Source of the DNA: Candidatus Adlerbacteria bacterium
GTDB taxonomy: Bacteria > Patescibacteriota > Minisyncoccia > Phycocordibacterales > SBAW01
Direction: 5' to 3'
Assembly: GCA_029288895.1 (NCBI GenBank)
Contig: JARIGK010000003.1
Span: 13,868 to 77,867, forward strand
DNA length: 64,000 nt
This document shows positions 32,806 through 43,600 of the stretch, piece by piece (the first letter of the stretch is position 1; every line of letters begins with the position of its first letter). The notes under the pieces are model-generated. The model saw only the letters and a program-made list of their open reading frames with translations, had not been told where the DNA came from and ran no database searches. A program made the translations under genes and the position numbers.

Positions 32806-32889
32806 ATATTGTCTCCCACGGTGAGCGAATGCCGAATGGCACTCTTTACTCCCGCAACTTAACCTCTATTATTATAGCACTATAAAGTG

Positions 32890-33735
32890 CTATTTGTCAA
32901 GGCCTATAAAACGCCGTGAATTAAGGAGGATTTGCTCCCGGACGGCTTCGAGACCCATGTTTTTGAGCTCAGCTATTTTCTTTACCACTTCGCGCACGTG
33001 GATAGGTTCGTTGCGCTGGCCGCGGTATGGCACAGGCGTAATGTAGGGCGCGTCAGTCTCTGTCAGCAGCATGTCGAGCGGAGTGTTTGTAATAACCTCG
33101 TCGTAATCGTGTGTAAACGTGAGTACCCCTGTGAATGACAGAGTGAAACCCAAATCCAAAAATTGTTTCGCGATATCGTAGTTCCCTGCAAAGAAGTGCA
33201 CATCGCCCTGCACCTTTGCATGCGACTTGAGCATTGCAATGGCGTCAAGGTACGCATTCGCATCCGAACTGCTTTGGTGTGCACCATCGCGGATGTGGAG
33301 CATCAGCGGTTTGTTTACTTTGTTTGCAAGTTCGATGTGCTGCAGAAATACTTCTGCCTGCACTTTTTTTGTATCTTCTTCGAGGCGGTAGTAATCCAGC
33401 CCGCACTCGCCAATCGCAATCACCTTCGGGTGACGCGCCAACTCTTCGTACGCATCAAAATCAAACGCCTCGCCGCGCGAGGTAAACGCCTTCCCCTCCC
33501 CGCCCAACTCTTTGGTGTCGTGGAATGACTTTGCCGTATGCACGGGGTGGAGCGCCACACTCGCCCACGCCTCATCGTACTTTTCTGCCAATGCAATTGC
33601 TGCACGCGACGTATCAATCTGCGTGCCCACCAAGTTCATCCCAACCTCCGCATCCTTAGCGCGCTGCATCACCTCATCTTTGTCATCCTTGTACGCCTCA
33701 AACTGCACGTGTGTATGCGCGTCGAAATACTTCAT
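32890..33735 (-). CDS. TatD-family metal-dependent hydrolase
   Basis: 281 aa. MKYFDAHTHVQFEAYKDD... (the HxH metal site), plus conserved TatD His/Asp/Glu positions. Confidence 0.85.
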   Translation of the reverse strand: MKYFDAHTHVQFEAYKDDKDEVMQRAKDAEVGMNLVGTQIDTSRAAIALAEKYDEAWASVALHPVHTAKSFHDTKELGGEGKAFTSRGEAFDFDAYEELARHPKVIAIGECGLDYYRLEEDTKKVQAEVFLQHIELANKVNKPLMLHIRDGAHQSSSDANAYLDAIAMLKSHAKVQGDVHFFAGNYDIAKQFLDLGFTLSFTGVLTFTHDYDEVITNTPLDMLLTETDAPYITPVPYRGQRNEPIHVREVVKKIAELKNMGLEAVREQILLNSRRFIGLDK

Positions 33736-33737
33736 AC

Positions 33738-34202
33738 CTACTGTTGTGCAAAATAGTCGAGCGCCGCAAGCGCATAGGTGCGCACACCGTCTAATAGCCC
33801 AAGCGTGTTTTGTTCAATCTCATCTCTTGTAACCCAACGGACTTCTGCACGTTCATATTCTGCCTTTACCTCGCCGCCTATAACTTTGCCGAAATATACG
33901 AAATCAATGTGCTCGTGTGTCTCGTTAAAATTGTGGCGATTGAGAAACATCGGCGGAATTAAATCGCGAGAGCCATCGGTTGGCGCATGGGCCAATTGCG
34001 GGTTGCCGATAAGCTCAATATCTAACCCTGTCTCTTCTTGCACTTCGCGCACTGCGGCTTCGTTGGGGTCCTGATCGAGCTCGATATGTCCCCCAGGCTG
34101 GAGCCAGATACCTAATTTCTGATGTTTATGGAACAGGACGGCATTATCCTTCACGACATACACGCTTGCAGTGAAGTCTATCTTGTCGTGGATATGCGCC
34201 AT
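33738..34202 (-). CDS. NUDIX hydrolase
   Basis: 154 aa. The Nudix box is GGHIELDQDPNEAAVREVQEETGL (GX5EX7REUXEEXGU). Confidence 0.85.
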   Translation of the reverse strand: MAHIHDKIDFTASVYVVKDNAVLFHKHQKLGIWLQPGGHIELDQDPNEAAVREVQEETGLDIELIGNPQLAHAPTDGSRDLIPPMFLNRHNFNETHEHIDFVYFGKVIGGEVKAEYERAEVRWVTRDEIEQNTLGLLDGVRTYALAALDYFAQQ

Positions 34203-34204
34203 GG

Positions 34205-35644
34205 TTAGTCTTTGCGAGCAAACAAATTCTCTGGTTTTTTGTTGGCCATAATACCCTCAATTATTTTCTTTGAAGTTTCCGGCAAAAAAGGAGCCAGCCA
34301 ATGTGCAATCTTTGTTAATTCTTTTACCTCTTCGATAATCATCGACCGCCCAAGCTCTAGATTAGTTTTTATTTCTTTGTATGGCTGATTCTCCGTTAAG
34401 TGCTTATCAAGGAAGCCTATATGCTGCCAAATAAAGTCCATAGCAGCGTTAACTTCGAAATCATCGAGCGTATTACGTAATTGCATAGGAAATTCGGTGG
34501 TTTCAATTTCTACCGCTGATTCGAGATTTTTCTCTGCCAGAGTCAGGACACGCGAAACGAGGTTGCCGAGACCGTTCGCCAGGTTCGCATTGTAGACCTC
34601 TTTGAATTGTTCGCGGGTGATATCGCCATCTTCAAATGGTGAGATGTGTCGCGCGAGGAAGTAACGCACCGCTTCGCTTCCGTATTCAGATATCAACTCT
34701 TCAGGGTCGATGACATTGCCGAGTGTCTTCGACATCTTTTTGCCACCCGAGGTGATAAAGCCGTGCACAAGCAGCGTCTTAGGTAGTGGAAGGCCGGCCG
34801 ACAGCAACATACCCGGCCAAATAGCCGCATGGAAACGCAAAATATCTTTGCCAATCACATGCACATCTGCGGGCCAGAATTCTTTGTAGAGTTCATCATC
34901 ACGGCCATACCCAAGCGCCGTGATGTAGTTTGCGAGCGCGTCACACCACACATACATTACCTGTGAGTCATCGCCCGGTACTGGCACGCCGAGGCCTTTC
35001 GGCCAGTGATCTTTGTGCGGGCGCGAGAAGCTCACATCTTCCAGTCCTTCGTTTTTGATAAACGAAAGAATTTCATGTTTGCGGCTCTCTGGCACTACCC
35101 TATATTCATCTGTTTCGATCTTTTTTTGGATTTCGTTTGCGTATTTTGAAAGGCGGAAGAAATAATTTTTCTCCTTCAAAAATTCCGGTGCAGTGCCATG
35201 GTCGGGGCATTTTCCATCAACCAAATCTTTTTCTGTCAGAAAGGCTTCGTGGCCCACGCAGTACAAGCCTTCATATTCTTTTTCGTATATATCGCCTGCA
35301 TCAACAAGTTTCTGCCACAACGCTGTGGCACCAGGCCAGTGTTTTTCTTGGTCTGTGGTGCGGATAAACTGATCGTACGAAATCTCCAGCTCGCGGAAGA
35401 GTCCTGCAAAATTTGCGACGATACCATCCAAGAATTCGAGAGGCTCCTTCCCCTCTTTGACAGCAGCATCAACCATTTTCTGCGTATTTTCGTCAGAGCC
35501 AGTAAGGAAGTATGTTTTGTCGCCCATCAATCGATGGTAACGAACGATGATGTCCGACAAGGTTGTCGTATATGCATGCCCCAAATGCAACTTGGCATTG
35601 GGATAGAAAATAGGCGTCGTGAGGTAGAATTTTTTGTCTGCCAT
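34205..35644 (-). CDS. metG: Methionyl-tRNA synthetase, short form
   Basis: 479 aa with HIGH as PIFYPNAKLHLGHAYT and KMSKS as GGKKMSKTLGN. Confidence 0.92.
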   Translation of the reverse strand: MADKKFYLTTPIFYPNAKLHLGHAYTTTLSDIIVRYHRLMGDKTYFLTGSDENTQKMVDAAVKEGKEPLEFLDGIVANFAGLFRELEISYDQFIRTTDQEKHWPGATALWQKLVDAGDIYEKEYEGLYCVGHEAFLTEKDLVDGKCPDHGTAPEFLKEKNYFFRLSKYANEIQKKIETDEYRVVPESRKHEILSFIKNEGLEDVSFSRPHKDHWPKGLGVPVPGDDSQVMYVWCDALANYITALGYGRDDELYKEFWPADVHVIGKDILRFHAAIWPGMLLSAGLPLPKTLLVHGFITSGGKKMSKTLGNVIDPEELISEYGSEAVRYFLARHISPFEDGDITREQFKEVYNANLANGLGNLVSRVLTLAEKNLESAVEIETTEFPMQLRNTLDDFEVNAAMDFIWQHIGFLDKHLTENQPYKEIKTNLELGRSMIIEEVKELTKIAHWLAPFLPETSKKIIEGIMANKKPENLFARKD

Positions 35645-35655
35645 TACCTTAGAGG

Positions 35656-36717
35656 CTACTCTGCCGCTGCGCGCTTCGCAAGGGCGCGTTTTTTCTCGCG
35701 GTCGATGTCGTTGACGTATTCCTGGATTGCGCCCGCGATAGGCACCGAAAGCAGCACGCCAAGGAAGCCTACGAGCTGGAAGCCAATAAGCAAGGAGAGG
35801 ATGACCAAGAGCGGAGGCACGCCCACCACCTTTTTGACGACAACCGGGTAAATCAAGTGCGCTTCAAACTGCTGCACGATTATGTAGAGGCCGGCGATCA
35901 AGAACGCTTCTGTGACACCACCGGCAACTAAGCCTATGGCAATGGCAGGCACCATCGCGAGGATCTGTCCGAAGACTGGAATCAGTTCAAACACGCCTGC
36001 GAGCACCGCAAGCAAGAGCGGGTGCGGCACGTCGAGTATCAAAAGTCCCAAGTAGAGCAAGATGCCGACGATGAGCGCCAAGACAAGCTGCCCCTGCATC
36101 CACTTCCCTATTTTGTTTTGCGAACGGCGCCAGAGGCCAAGCACGTATGCCTGATTATCGATCGGCGTAATCACACGGAGAAAATCATCGACACCCGTTT
36201 CTTGTACAGAAAAGTAGAACGAGAAGACGACGATCAAGATAAATGATGTGACGCCACCAAAGAATGCCGAGAGTGCGCCGAACGCTTCGCCACTTGAGCC
36301 TCGCAATGAGGACGAAAGATTGCTCAAGACATCAGCAGACGAGAAGGCTTGGCCAACATTACCCCACGGAAGGAGCCCGTGCGTGACGTCAGTGATATTC
36401 AAATTCGAAAGGGTTGCAGGGAGCTGTGCGACGAAATTGGCGATATCACTCAACACCGGCGGCACGAAGAAGAATACGACGCCAAAGAATGCGCCGATAA
36501 CGAGTATGTACAGCAAAATGACGGACAGGAGGCGCGGGACGCCGCGGCGCATCAAGCCGTGCACGCCTGGCTCCATCGCCGAGGCAATAACAACCGCCGT
36601 GAGCACAATAAGGACGATGTCGCGGAGGAACCACAGAAGCCCCACCAATATAAGAAAGAGGATGGTTTTGATAATCGTCCCCGAGGAGATGTGGACGTTG
36701 ATGTCGCGTTCAGCCAT
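35656..36717 (-). CDS. AI-2E family transporter (PerM/YhhT-like permease)
   Basis: 353 aa with 7-8 TM helices in the typical AI-2E arrangement. Confidence 0.75.
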   Translation of the reverse strand: MAERDINVHISSGTIIKTILFLILVGLLWFLRDIVLIVLTAVVIASAMEPGVHGLMRRGVPRLLSVILLYILVIGAFFGVVFFFVPPVLSDIANFVAQLPATLSNLNITDVTHGLLPWGNVGQAFSSADVLSNLSSSLRGSSGEAFGALSAFFGGVTSFILIVVFSFYFSVQETGVDDFLRVITPIDNQAYVLGLWRRSQNKIGKWMQGQLVLALIVGILLYLGLLILDVPHPLLLAVLAGVFELIPVFGQILAMVPAIAIGLVAGGVTEAFLIAGLYIIVQQFEAHLIYPVVVKKVVGVPPLLVILSLLIGFQLVGFLGVLLSVPIAGAIQEYVNDIDREKKRALAKRAAAE

Positions 36718-36740
36718 GCCGAAACTATATCACACCAGCA

Positions 36741-38138
36741 CTAGAGTTTGGATTTGATGAAGGATGCGAGCTCTGCTATAGGCATACGAGACTGCTCGCC
36801 CGTGTCACGGTCGCGCACGGTAACAGTGTCTTTATGCTCTGGATTCTCACCCAACGTGTCAAAGTCGATCGTGATGCACCACGGCGTGCCAATTTCATCC
36901 TGGCGGCGGTAACGTTTGCCGATGTTACCGTTGTCATCCCACACAATCTGCGGCACTTCTTTCTTCAAGTTTTGATACACCTCACGCGCCTTCTCTACCA
37001 ACTCTGGTTTGTTCTTCAAGAGCGGAAACACTGCAGCCTTCACCGGCGCCAAGTGCGGCGGGAATTTCATCACGACGCGAGTTTCCCCATCCATCTCATC
37101 TTCGAAGTATGCGCTGCACAACACAGCCAAGAACAAACGGCCCATACCCATCGACGTTTCCAAAATCCAAGGAATAAACTTCTCTCCTGTGTTCGGGTCG
37201 GTATAGCGCAAATCAACACCAGAGAATTTCATATGCTGCGACAAATCGTAGTCGGTGCGGTCGTGAATACCTTCCACCTCATCAAACCCAGACGGGAACT
37301 CGTACTCGATATCCCATGCATCTTTTGCATAGAAGACGAGATTCTCGTGTTGCTTGAAGCGCAGTTTTTCTTTAGGAATACCAAGCGTCAGGTACCAATT
37401 AAAGCGATCCTGTTTCAATTTCTCGTACGGCTCTTTGTTTTCGTTCGGGCGGATGAAGAGCTGTGTATCGGCCTGTTCGAATTCACGTGTTCTAAACAAA
37501 AAGTTACGTGGCGAAATTTCGTTACGGAACGCCTTACCAATCTGCGCAACACCAAACGGCAACTTCGGCTGCATGGTGTCCACAATATTTTTGTAATCAA
37601 GGTAGATACCCTGGCACGCCTCCCCCGGCAAATAGACAGGATCATTCCCTTCTGAGGTAAAGTCACCCAAATTGCTCTTTACCAAGAGGTTAAATGCCTT
37701 TGCGCGTGTAAAATCTTTTTTTCCGCAGACAGGGCACGCGATTTCATCACGGTGCTGGTCGAACAATTCGTTGATTGCTTCTTCCGACATTTTTTCGTCG
37801 GCGCTAACGCCCAAGCTTCCTAGTTCTTTATCGACACGGATACGCGCATGGCAATTACGGCATTCTGCAAGAGGGTCTGCAAACCCGCCAACATGGCCCG
37901 ACGCTTCCCACGTACGTGGATGTTTAAACATTCCTGCATCAAGCCCGAAGTGATTTTCTTTATCGTAGACGTTCGCCTTCCACCACGATTGTTTTAAGTT
38001 ATTCAAAAGCTCAACACCGCGCGGGCCAAAGTCATACACACCAGCCAAGCCGCCGTAGATTTCGGAGCCTTGGAAGACAAAGCCGCGGCGCTTGCAGAGC
38101 GATACGATTTTTTCCATTACGTTGTTGGTGTCAGACAT
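36741..38138 (-). CDS. glyQS: Glycyl-tRNA synthetase, alpha2 homodimeric type
   Basis: 465 aa. MSDTNNVMEKIVSLCKRRGFVFQGSEIYGGLAGVYDFGPRGVELLNNLKQSWW... is the archetypal GlyRS2 N-terminus, with class II motifs following. Confidence 0.92.
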   Translation of the reverse strand: MSDTNNVMEKIVSLCKRRGFVFQGSEIYGGLAGVYDFGPRGVELLNNLKQSWWKANVYDKENHFGLDAGMFKHPRTWEASGHVGGFADPLAECRNCHARIRVDKELGSLGVSADEKMSEEAINELFDQHRDEIACPVCGKKDFTRAKAFNLLVKSNLGDFTSEGNDPVYLPGEACQGIYLDYKNIVDTMQPKLPFGVAQIGKAFRNEISPRNFLFRTREFEQADTQLFIRPNENKEPYEKLKQDRFNWYLTLGIPKEKLRFKQHENLVFYAKDAWDIEYEFPSGFDEVEGIHDRTDYDLSQHMKFSGVDLRYTDPNTGEKFIPWILETSMGMGRLFLAVLCSAYFEDEMDGETRVVMKFPPHLAPVKAAVFPLLKNKPELVEKAREVYQNLKKEVPQIVWDDNGNIGKRYRRQDEIGTPWCITIDFDTLGENPEHKDTVTVRDRDTGEQSRMPIAELASFIKSKL

Positions 38139-38155
38139 ACAAATGTAGAGTTGGA

Positions 38156-40090
38156 TTATTGAACAGTGCCCATGTTGCCGTTGTAGCCCGCGTCGCCCGA
38201 AAGCTGCGTAGTTGGGCCATTTGCCGAGGCACTAACCTGCGTCTGTGCAAAACGATCTTGGCCCGAGAGCGAAGCGGAACCTGTGAGTGCCGGCGCCTGG
38301 CCGCTTTGCGACGAGCTAGGCTGGAGCGATACCTGGAAGGCCGCCGTACGTGCTGGACTTCCAACACCGCTGCCTGCTTTCAAATCCCCCATCGACCACG
38401 TTACCGTGCGGCTCTTTTGGTCGTACGCCACACCGCTGCCTTGAGCCGCCGCAACAAAGGTTACGTACGATGGCAAGGTTGCAGACACAGTCGCATTGGC
38501 AATGGTATTCGATGTGTTTGAGGCCGTCCAGAGAATGGTGTATGTCGTGTTTTGGCCAGACATTGGTGGCATCGGCCCGGTGTTCGAGAACGGCCCCGAG
38601 AAGTGGAGCGCCTGTGCATTTAACGTTACTTGTGACGCGACACGCACCGACATGGATGCAGCCGATGACACCTGCTCTGGAACGTTCTGTTCGCCTTGGC
38701 GCGTACCTTCTACGCTCAAGTTAAGCGAGATGGTCGGGTTCGAATACAGCGTACCGCCTGCACCCGGTGCTTTTGTTGTAAAGCTAAACGGCAACGTTGC
38801 AGTTGCCCCTGGAGCCACCGTCGCAAGCGTCTGCTCTTGGTCCTTCGACCACACGAGCGTCGAGCCCGACGATTGGTAAAACGCCGTAGGTGCCGAAATC
38901 GAACTTGTGTCGATTGTTGGACCGCTAAAAGAAAGTTTGAGCGTCACGTCGGACACCGCATCCGGCAAATTGTTGGTCCATGTCACCGTGCCCTGCACCT
39001 GCGTACCTGCGGGCACTGACACGGTTTTGCCGCTCTGCCCCGCGACTGCGAGTTGTGCGGTGATAAACGGGCGATGCACCGCGAGCGTTTGCGGCACCGA
39101 AAGGTACGGCACCGGGATGCGCGTATCAGTTTCATCGGCATCCGAACCTGCTAGGAAGTAGAAAACGCGGCTGTCGCCATCTTGGCCGTCGAGCGAACCA
39201 GTGAGGTGCAACACTTTGCTTTCGCCTGGCTCTAGCGTGCCCAAGCGCCACAACGTATTGCCAGCCATCGCTTGCGGCGACGTATTCGCCGCACTAAAGC
39301 CAAATGGGTACTGACCTTGGATCACAACATTGTCGAGCGCCGCGGGCGCATTGCTTTGCACGGTAATATCCATGCCAAACTGTTGCCCCGCAATGGCTTC
39401 CGATGGTGAGGCAATCGATATAGAAACAGGCGAAGAGCCGACGGTAAACGTCATGTCGGCATCGCGTTCAAAAATGGCGTTTGAGCCGTCGACGTTGTAC
39501 TGCAACTGCACCGCTACTTTTTGCTGCTGGCCTTCTTGGCCGTAGAAAATTGCTTGCGCGGTGCGCTGCACGGTTTGCCCCGCGCGTATGGTGCCAATGG
39601 ACTGGCGTTCATGCACTAAAGACTGCGACGGGTTGGCCGGGTCGCGTGTACCTGAGGGGTACGTCAGTATCAAGTCTGCCAACTGCAAGTCGGCCTGGTT
39701 TCTGTTGGTGATCAAAATCTGCAAGCCGCTTGTTTTCCCACCGTCGATAACAGACGGCATAACAACCGTAAGGTCGATGTTTTGCGGCGAGATGCTATTG
39801 CCGCCCGAGAAAAAGAGGTAGACCGCCACAAGCGCTGCCGCGCAGAAAAATGCCAGCGACACCAACAAAAATTTGGTTGGGAGCGACATCTTCGATTTTT
39901 TGAGTTTGGGCGACAAGGTAAATTGTTGTGCGGGTTTTTCTTCTTTTGCATCTGGCCACGCAACAGGCGGCCGTGATTCGTTGGGAGAAAGCGGTGTACG
40001 TTCGCTCGGGTCCACACTCGCAGGGTTTGCCCTTGAATAAAGCTTGTCGTGCAAGCCGTCGACGGAACGCTTCTTCTCCTCTTCCTGCAT
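38156..40090 (-). CDS. Large membrane-anchored extracellular protein with a repetitive beta-rich ectodomain (DUF11/CARDB-like)
   Basis: 644 aa: cytoplasmic N-tail, one TM helix (FLLVSLAFFCAAALVAVYLFF), then a Ser/Thr/Gln-rich extracellular region. Confidence 0.6.
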   Translation of the reverse strand: MQEEEKKRSVDGLHDKLYSRANPASVDPSERTPLSPNESRPPVAWPDAKEEKPAQQFTLSPKLKKSKMSLPTKFLLVSLAFFCAAALVAVYLFFSGGNSISPQNIDLTVVMPSVIDGGKTSGLQILITNRNQADLQLADLILTYPSGTRDPANPSQSLVHERQSIGTIRAGQTVQRTAQAIFYGQEGQQQKVAVQLQYNVDGSNAIFERDADMTFTVGSSPVSISIASPSEAIAGQQFGMDITVQSNAPAALDNVVIQGQYPFGFSAANTSPQAMAGNTLWRLGTLEPGESKVLHLTGSLDGQDGDSRVFYFLAGSDADETDTRIPVPYLSVPQTLAVHRPFITAQLAVAGQSGKTVSVPAGTQVQGTVTWTNNLPDAVSDVTLKLSFSGPTIDTSSISAPTAFYQSSGSTLVWSKDQEQTLATVAPGATATLPFSFTTKAPGAGGTLYSNPTISLNLSVEGTRQGEQNVPEQVSSAASMSVRVASQVTLNAQALHFSGPFSNTGPMPPMSGQNTTYTILWTASNTSNTIANATVSATLPSYVTFVAAAQGSGVAYDQKSRTVTWSMGDLKAGSGVGSPARTAAFQVSLQPSSSQSGQAPALTGSASLSGQDRFAQTQVSASANGPTTQLSGDAGYNGNMGTVQ

Positions 40091-40114
40091 CTAAAAAGTA
40101 TACCCTATCGGCAA

Positions 40115-40693
40115 TCAGAGCCCAGTTTCAGCGAGCGATGCATTGATGGCGCGTATCACTACCGGTTTCGATTGCCGAACCGCTGCGATAAGTTCGTGCG
40201 AAAACTCACTGCCTTCCAAAAACGGCGTGAGTGCAGGCCGCTGCTCGACATAGCCAAGGATGGACAAAATACGCAAGACGAGCACGCATTCGATAAGTTC
40301 GATATCGGCATCAGGGGCGCCTGCTACATACCGAAGGCCATTCGTAACATTCTCATAGAGCATCGGCACCCGCTCTTCGCCGTGAATGAGGCGCAACAGC
40401 AAGCGTGCGATGCGGCCGGCACACGCGCGCGAGGCACGAGTATCCCCCACGTACGCATGTGATATATGTTGTGCACCTGTGAGCTTCCACTCGTGTTTGC
40501 CGCGCAGAAGAGAAAAGGTGCCCGCAGTCAGTGTCTCAAGCCCGTAGCGGAGTTTGGAACGCTCGAGCCTCGCCGAGCGCGCCGAGCCGCGGATGACGCC
40601 AAACTCTTTTGTGAGTAAGACCACCGACGTGTTGGCTTCGCCGCGGCCGCGTTTGGCAAGTACTATCCCCTCGCTCGCAACAATGTCGTGCAT
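40115..40693 (-). CDS. recO: DNA repair protein RecO, short
   Basis: 192 aa. N-terminal OB-fold pattern EGIVLAKRGRGEANTSVVLLTKEFGVIRGSARSAR. The start overlaps the ileS stop. Confidence 0.5.
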   Translation of the reverse strand: MHDIVASEGIVLAKRGRGEANTSVVLLTKEFGVIRGSARSARLERSKLRYGLETLTAGTFSLLRGKHEWKLTGAQHISHAYVGDTRASRACAGRIARLLLRLIHGEERVPMLYENVTNGLRYVAGAPDADIELIECVLVLRILSILGYVEQRPALTPFLEGSEFSHELIAAVRQSKPVVIRAINASLAETGL

Positions 40694-43600
40694 TACTTCA
40701 CTTCCAAGACCAATGCTTTCAAGCCGGTTTGTGCAATAAGCGTTGCGTTGTATTTTTCTGCCACAGATTTTTCTTCCGCACTTACCTCGAGCGTCATCGT
40801 TGGGCGGTCACTAATCGAAAGCTTCTGCTCTTTGCGCCACTCTTGGATACGGCGCGCGATGTCGCGCACCATCCCCTCTTCCTTGAGTTCTGGTGTAAGG
40901 ACGGTATCGAGCACAACCTCTTTGAGGCCTGCATCAACGACAACTTCTTTTACGTTGACTTCGTCGGCGACAATCGCGCGGAGTTCGTCTGGCAGTGCGT
41001 GGTTGATAGAAAGCTTCGCGAGCGGCTGGCGCACTTTGATGGCTGCCTGGTCGCGGGCTTTGAGGCCCGCGGATGCGGCGTCGCGTGCAATGTCCATGTC
41101 GAGAAGCAACTGCGCATCGACTGCGCCAGCATGCGGCCAGTGTGAAAGGTGCACGCTGCCCTCTTCGCCTATGCCTTGCCAAACACTTTCTGCAATAAAC
41201 GGTGTGATAGGCGCCAGGAGTTGGGCTACTGTGCGGAGCACGTGGCGTTGCACCGCAACGCACAACGCCGCATCGGCGGTGTCGCTGCGAGCGCGGTCGC
41301 GCGAGCGGCGGACATACCACGTCGAGTACTGTTCGATAAAGGCGCGTATAGGGCGGCAGGCGTTAGGCATGTTGTATGCATCAAATGCTGCAGTGCTTTC
41401 TGCTACCGTTTTGTTCAAGAGCGAGAGTACCCAGCGGTCGAGCGGGTGCGTGCTTGTGGCAACGTCTACATCGGAAACTTTATCGCGGTAGAGTTCGAAG
41501 AATTTAAATGAGTTCCACAGGGTGCCCACAACGCGGTTATGTATCTCGCGCACATCTTCGTCGCGGAAGTTCAAATCTTCCGCCTGCATCACGACAGAGC
41601 TCATCAAGTAAAAGCGGTATGCGTCCGAGCCCCACTTCTCCATCAACTCCCACGGGTCGGTGTAGTTTTGCTTCGACTTACTCATCTTCGAGCCATCGGC
41701 CGCCAAGATGTTGCCCGTCACGGTCACTGCTTTAAATGATCGTTTGCCAAACAAGAAGACGCCCATCGCGTGCATGTAGTAAAACCACGTGCGCGTCTGG
41801 CCGATGTATTCGGCGATAAAGTCGCCCGGGTATCCTTTTGGCGCAAGGCCAAAGAAGCGTTCGGGATTCACCCGCGTTTTGTCGTGCGGGTAGCTCATCG
41901 ACGCAAACGGCATCGAGCCCGACTCCACCCAGCAGTCCAAGACTTCTGGGATGCGCTCGTAGCGGCTCCCCTTTTCATCGACCAACACAACATCGTCAAT
42001 ATAAGGACGATGCAGGTCGAGCTCGAACTTTGCATTGTGCGGGAATGGCGTAAATGGCAACGGCATCGACATGCCAGGTTCTATAAATACACCGTCGCGT
42101 TCGCGCGCAATATCTTCGTTGGTTTTATAGTGTGCCACCTCATGCAAAAGCCACGCCGGGCATTCGTGCGTAACAATAAGAATACGTCTGCCAATATAGC
42201 GGCGCTCAAGTTCAAAAAGAAACTCACCAACGCGTCGGCGCACATCTGCATACGTTTCTCCGCCCTCCACCGCTTTTTCGAAGCGCTCCAGGCGTGACGG
42301 AAACGCATTCCTCCAGTCAGCTATTGCTTTCCCATCATAGACACCCATTTCGATTTCGCGCAGACGCTCGTCAGTCATCAATGCCGAATCAGGCAGGCCC
42401 AATTCTTTCAGTACAAGTTTTGCGGTTTCTTGCGTACGGGCCAACGGCGACGCAACGATCATATCGATCTTCTCTTTGCTCAACGTTGCTGCAGTCGCAC
42501 GCACAACACTTCTGCCCGTCTCTGTTAGATGATTGTCGGGGTTGCCCTTCGTTTCAAAAACGCCCTTCGTATTATTCTCCGCCTCACCATGACGCATCAT
42601 AAAATAGGCGTTGCCAGATTTTTTCGTCTTAGAAAGAAGTTCTTCCAAAGAACCCACAACCATCAACTTCTTCCCTTCTTTTTCTTTCCAAATAGGAAGT
42701 GGTGATGCCCAAAAACGATTGCGCGAAATGGTCCAGTCCGGCGCATTCTCGACGATGTTGCGGAAGCGCCCCTGCTTCAAGTGCTCGGGGAACCACGTCA
42801 CCTTGTCGTTTTCTTTGAGCATTTTGCTCTTTATCTTTTGGATATTCAAAAACCACGACGGCACGGCGTTGTATATAAGTGCGGTGCCGCAACGCCAGCA
42901 GTGCGGGTAGCTGTGCGTATACATCTCGCGCGTGTGCAGCAAGCCGCGCGCTTCCAAATCGGCTTTGATATCTTTCTCGCCCTGCTTGATGTACTTGCCG
43001 CGCACAAGTTCAGGCGCCAAGTGGTTGTAGTGGCCGTTGCTTTCGAGCGTCTGCACCATCGGCAACTTTTCGCGGAGGCCAAGCTGGAAGTCGTCCTCGC
43101 CGTACATCACGGACGTGTGCACGATGCCGGTGCCGTCTTCTGCCGAGACAAAGTCTGCCGCCCACACTTTGTATGACCGCGGGCCTTTGAGTGCCGGCAC
43201 GTCAAAGAGCGGCTCGTACTCGATGCCAACCAAGTCTTTGCCCTTCAAGTCACCGCCATCTTCGTGCTCTATATAGTGTGCATTCCCCTCCTGCACCACG
43301 GCGTAGGTAATGTCATTGCCCACAGCAAGCCCTACATTGCTTGGCAAGGTCCATGGCGTCGTGGTCCACGCAAGCAGGTACGTATTTTCTGGCAAATTAA
43401 ATCGGCGTGGGTTTTTAACCTTAAAGCGCGCCACGACCGCTTCTTCTGTCACATCTTTGTAGGTGTTGTCGGCGGCGATTTCTGCTTTTGCCAATGGCGT
43501 TTCGCAGTGCGGGCAGTACATCAAGACCTTGCGTCCCTCGTACATCAAATTTTTGTCGTGCAAACGCTTCAGCGCCCACCAGATGGACTCGATGTAGGAG

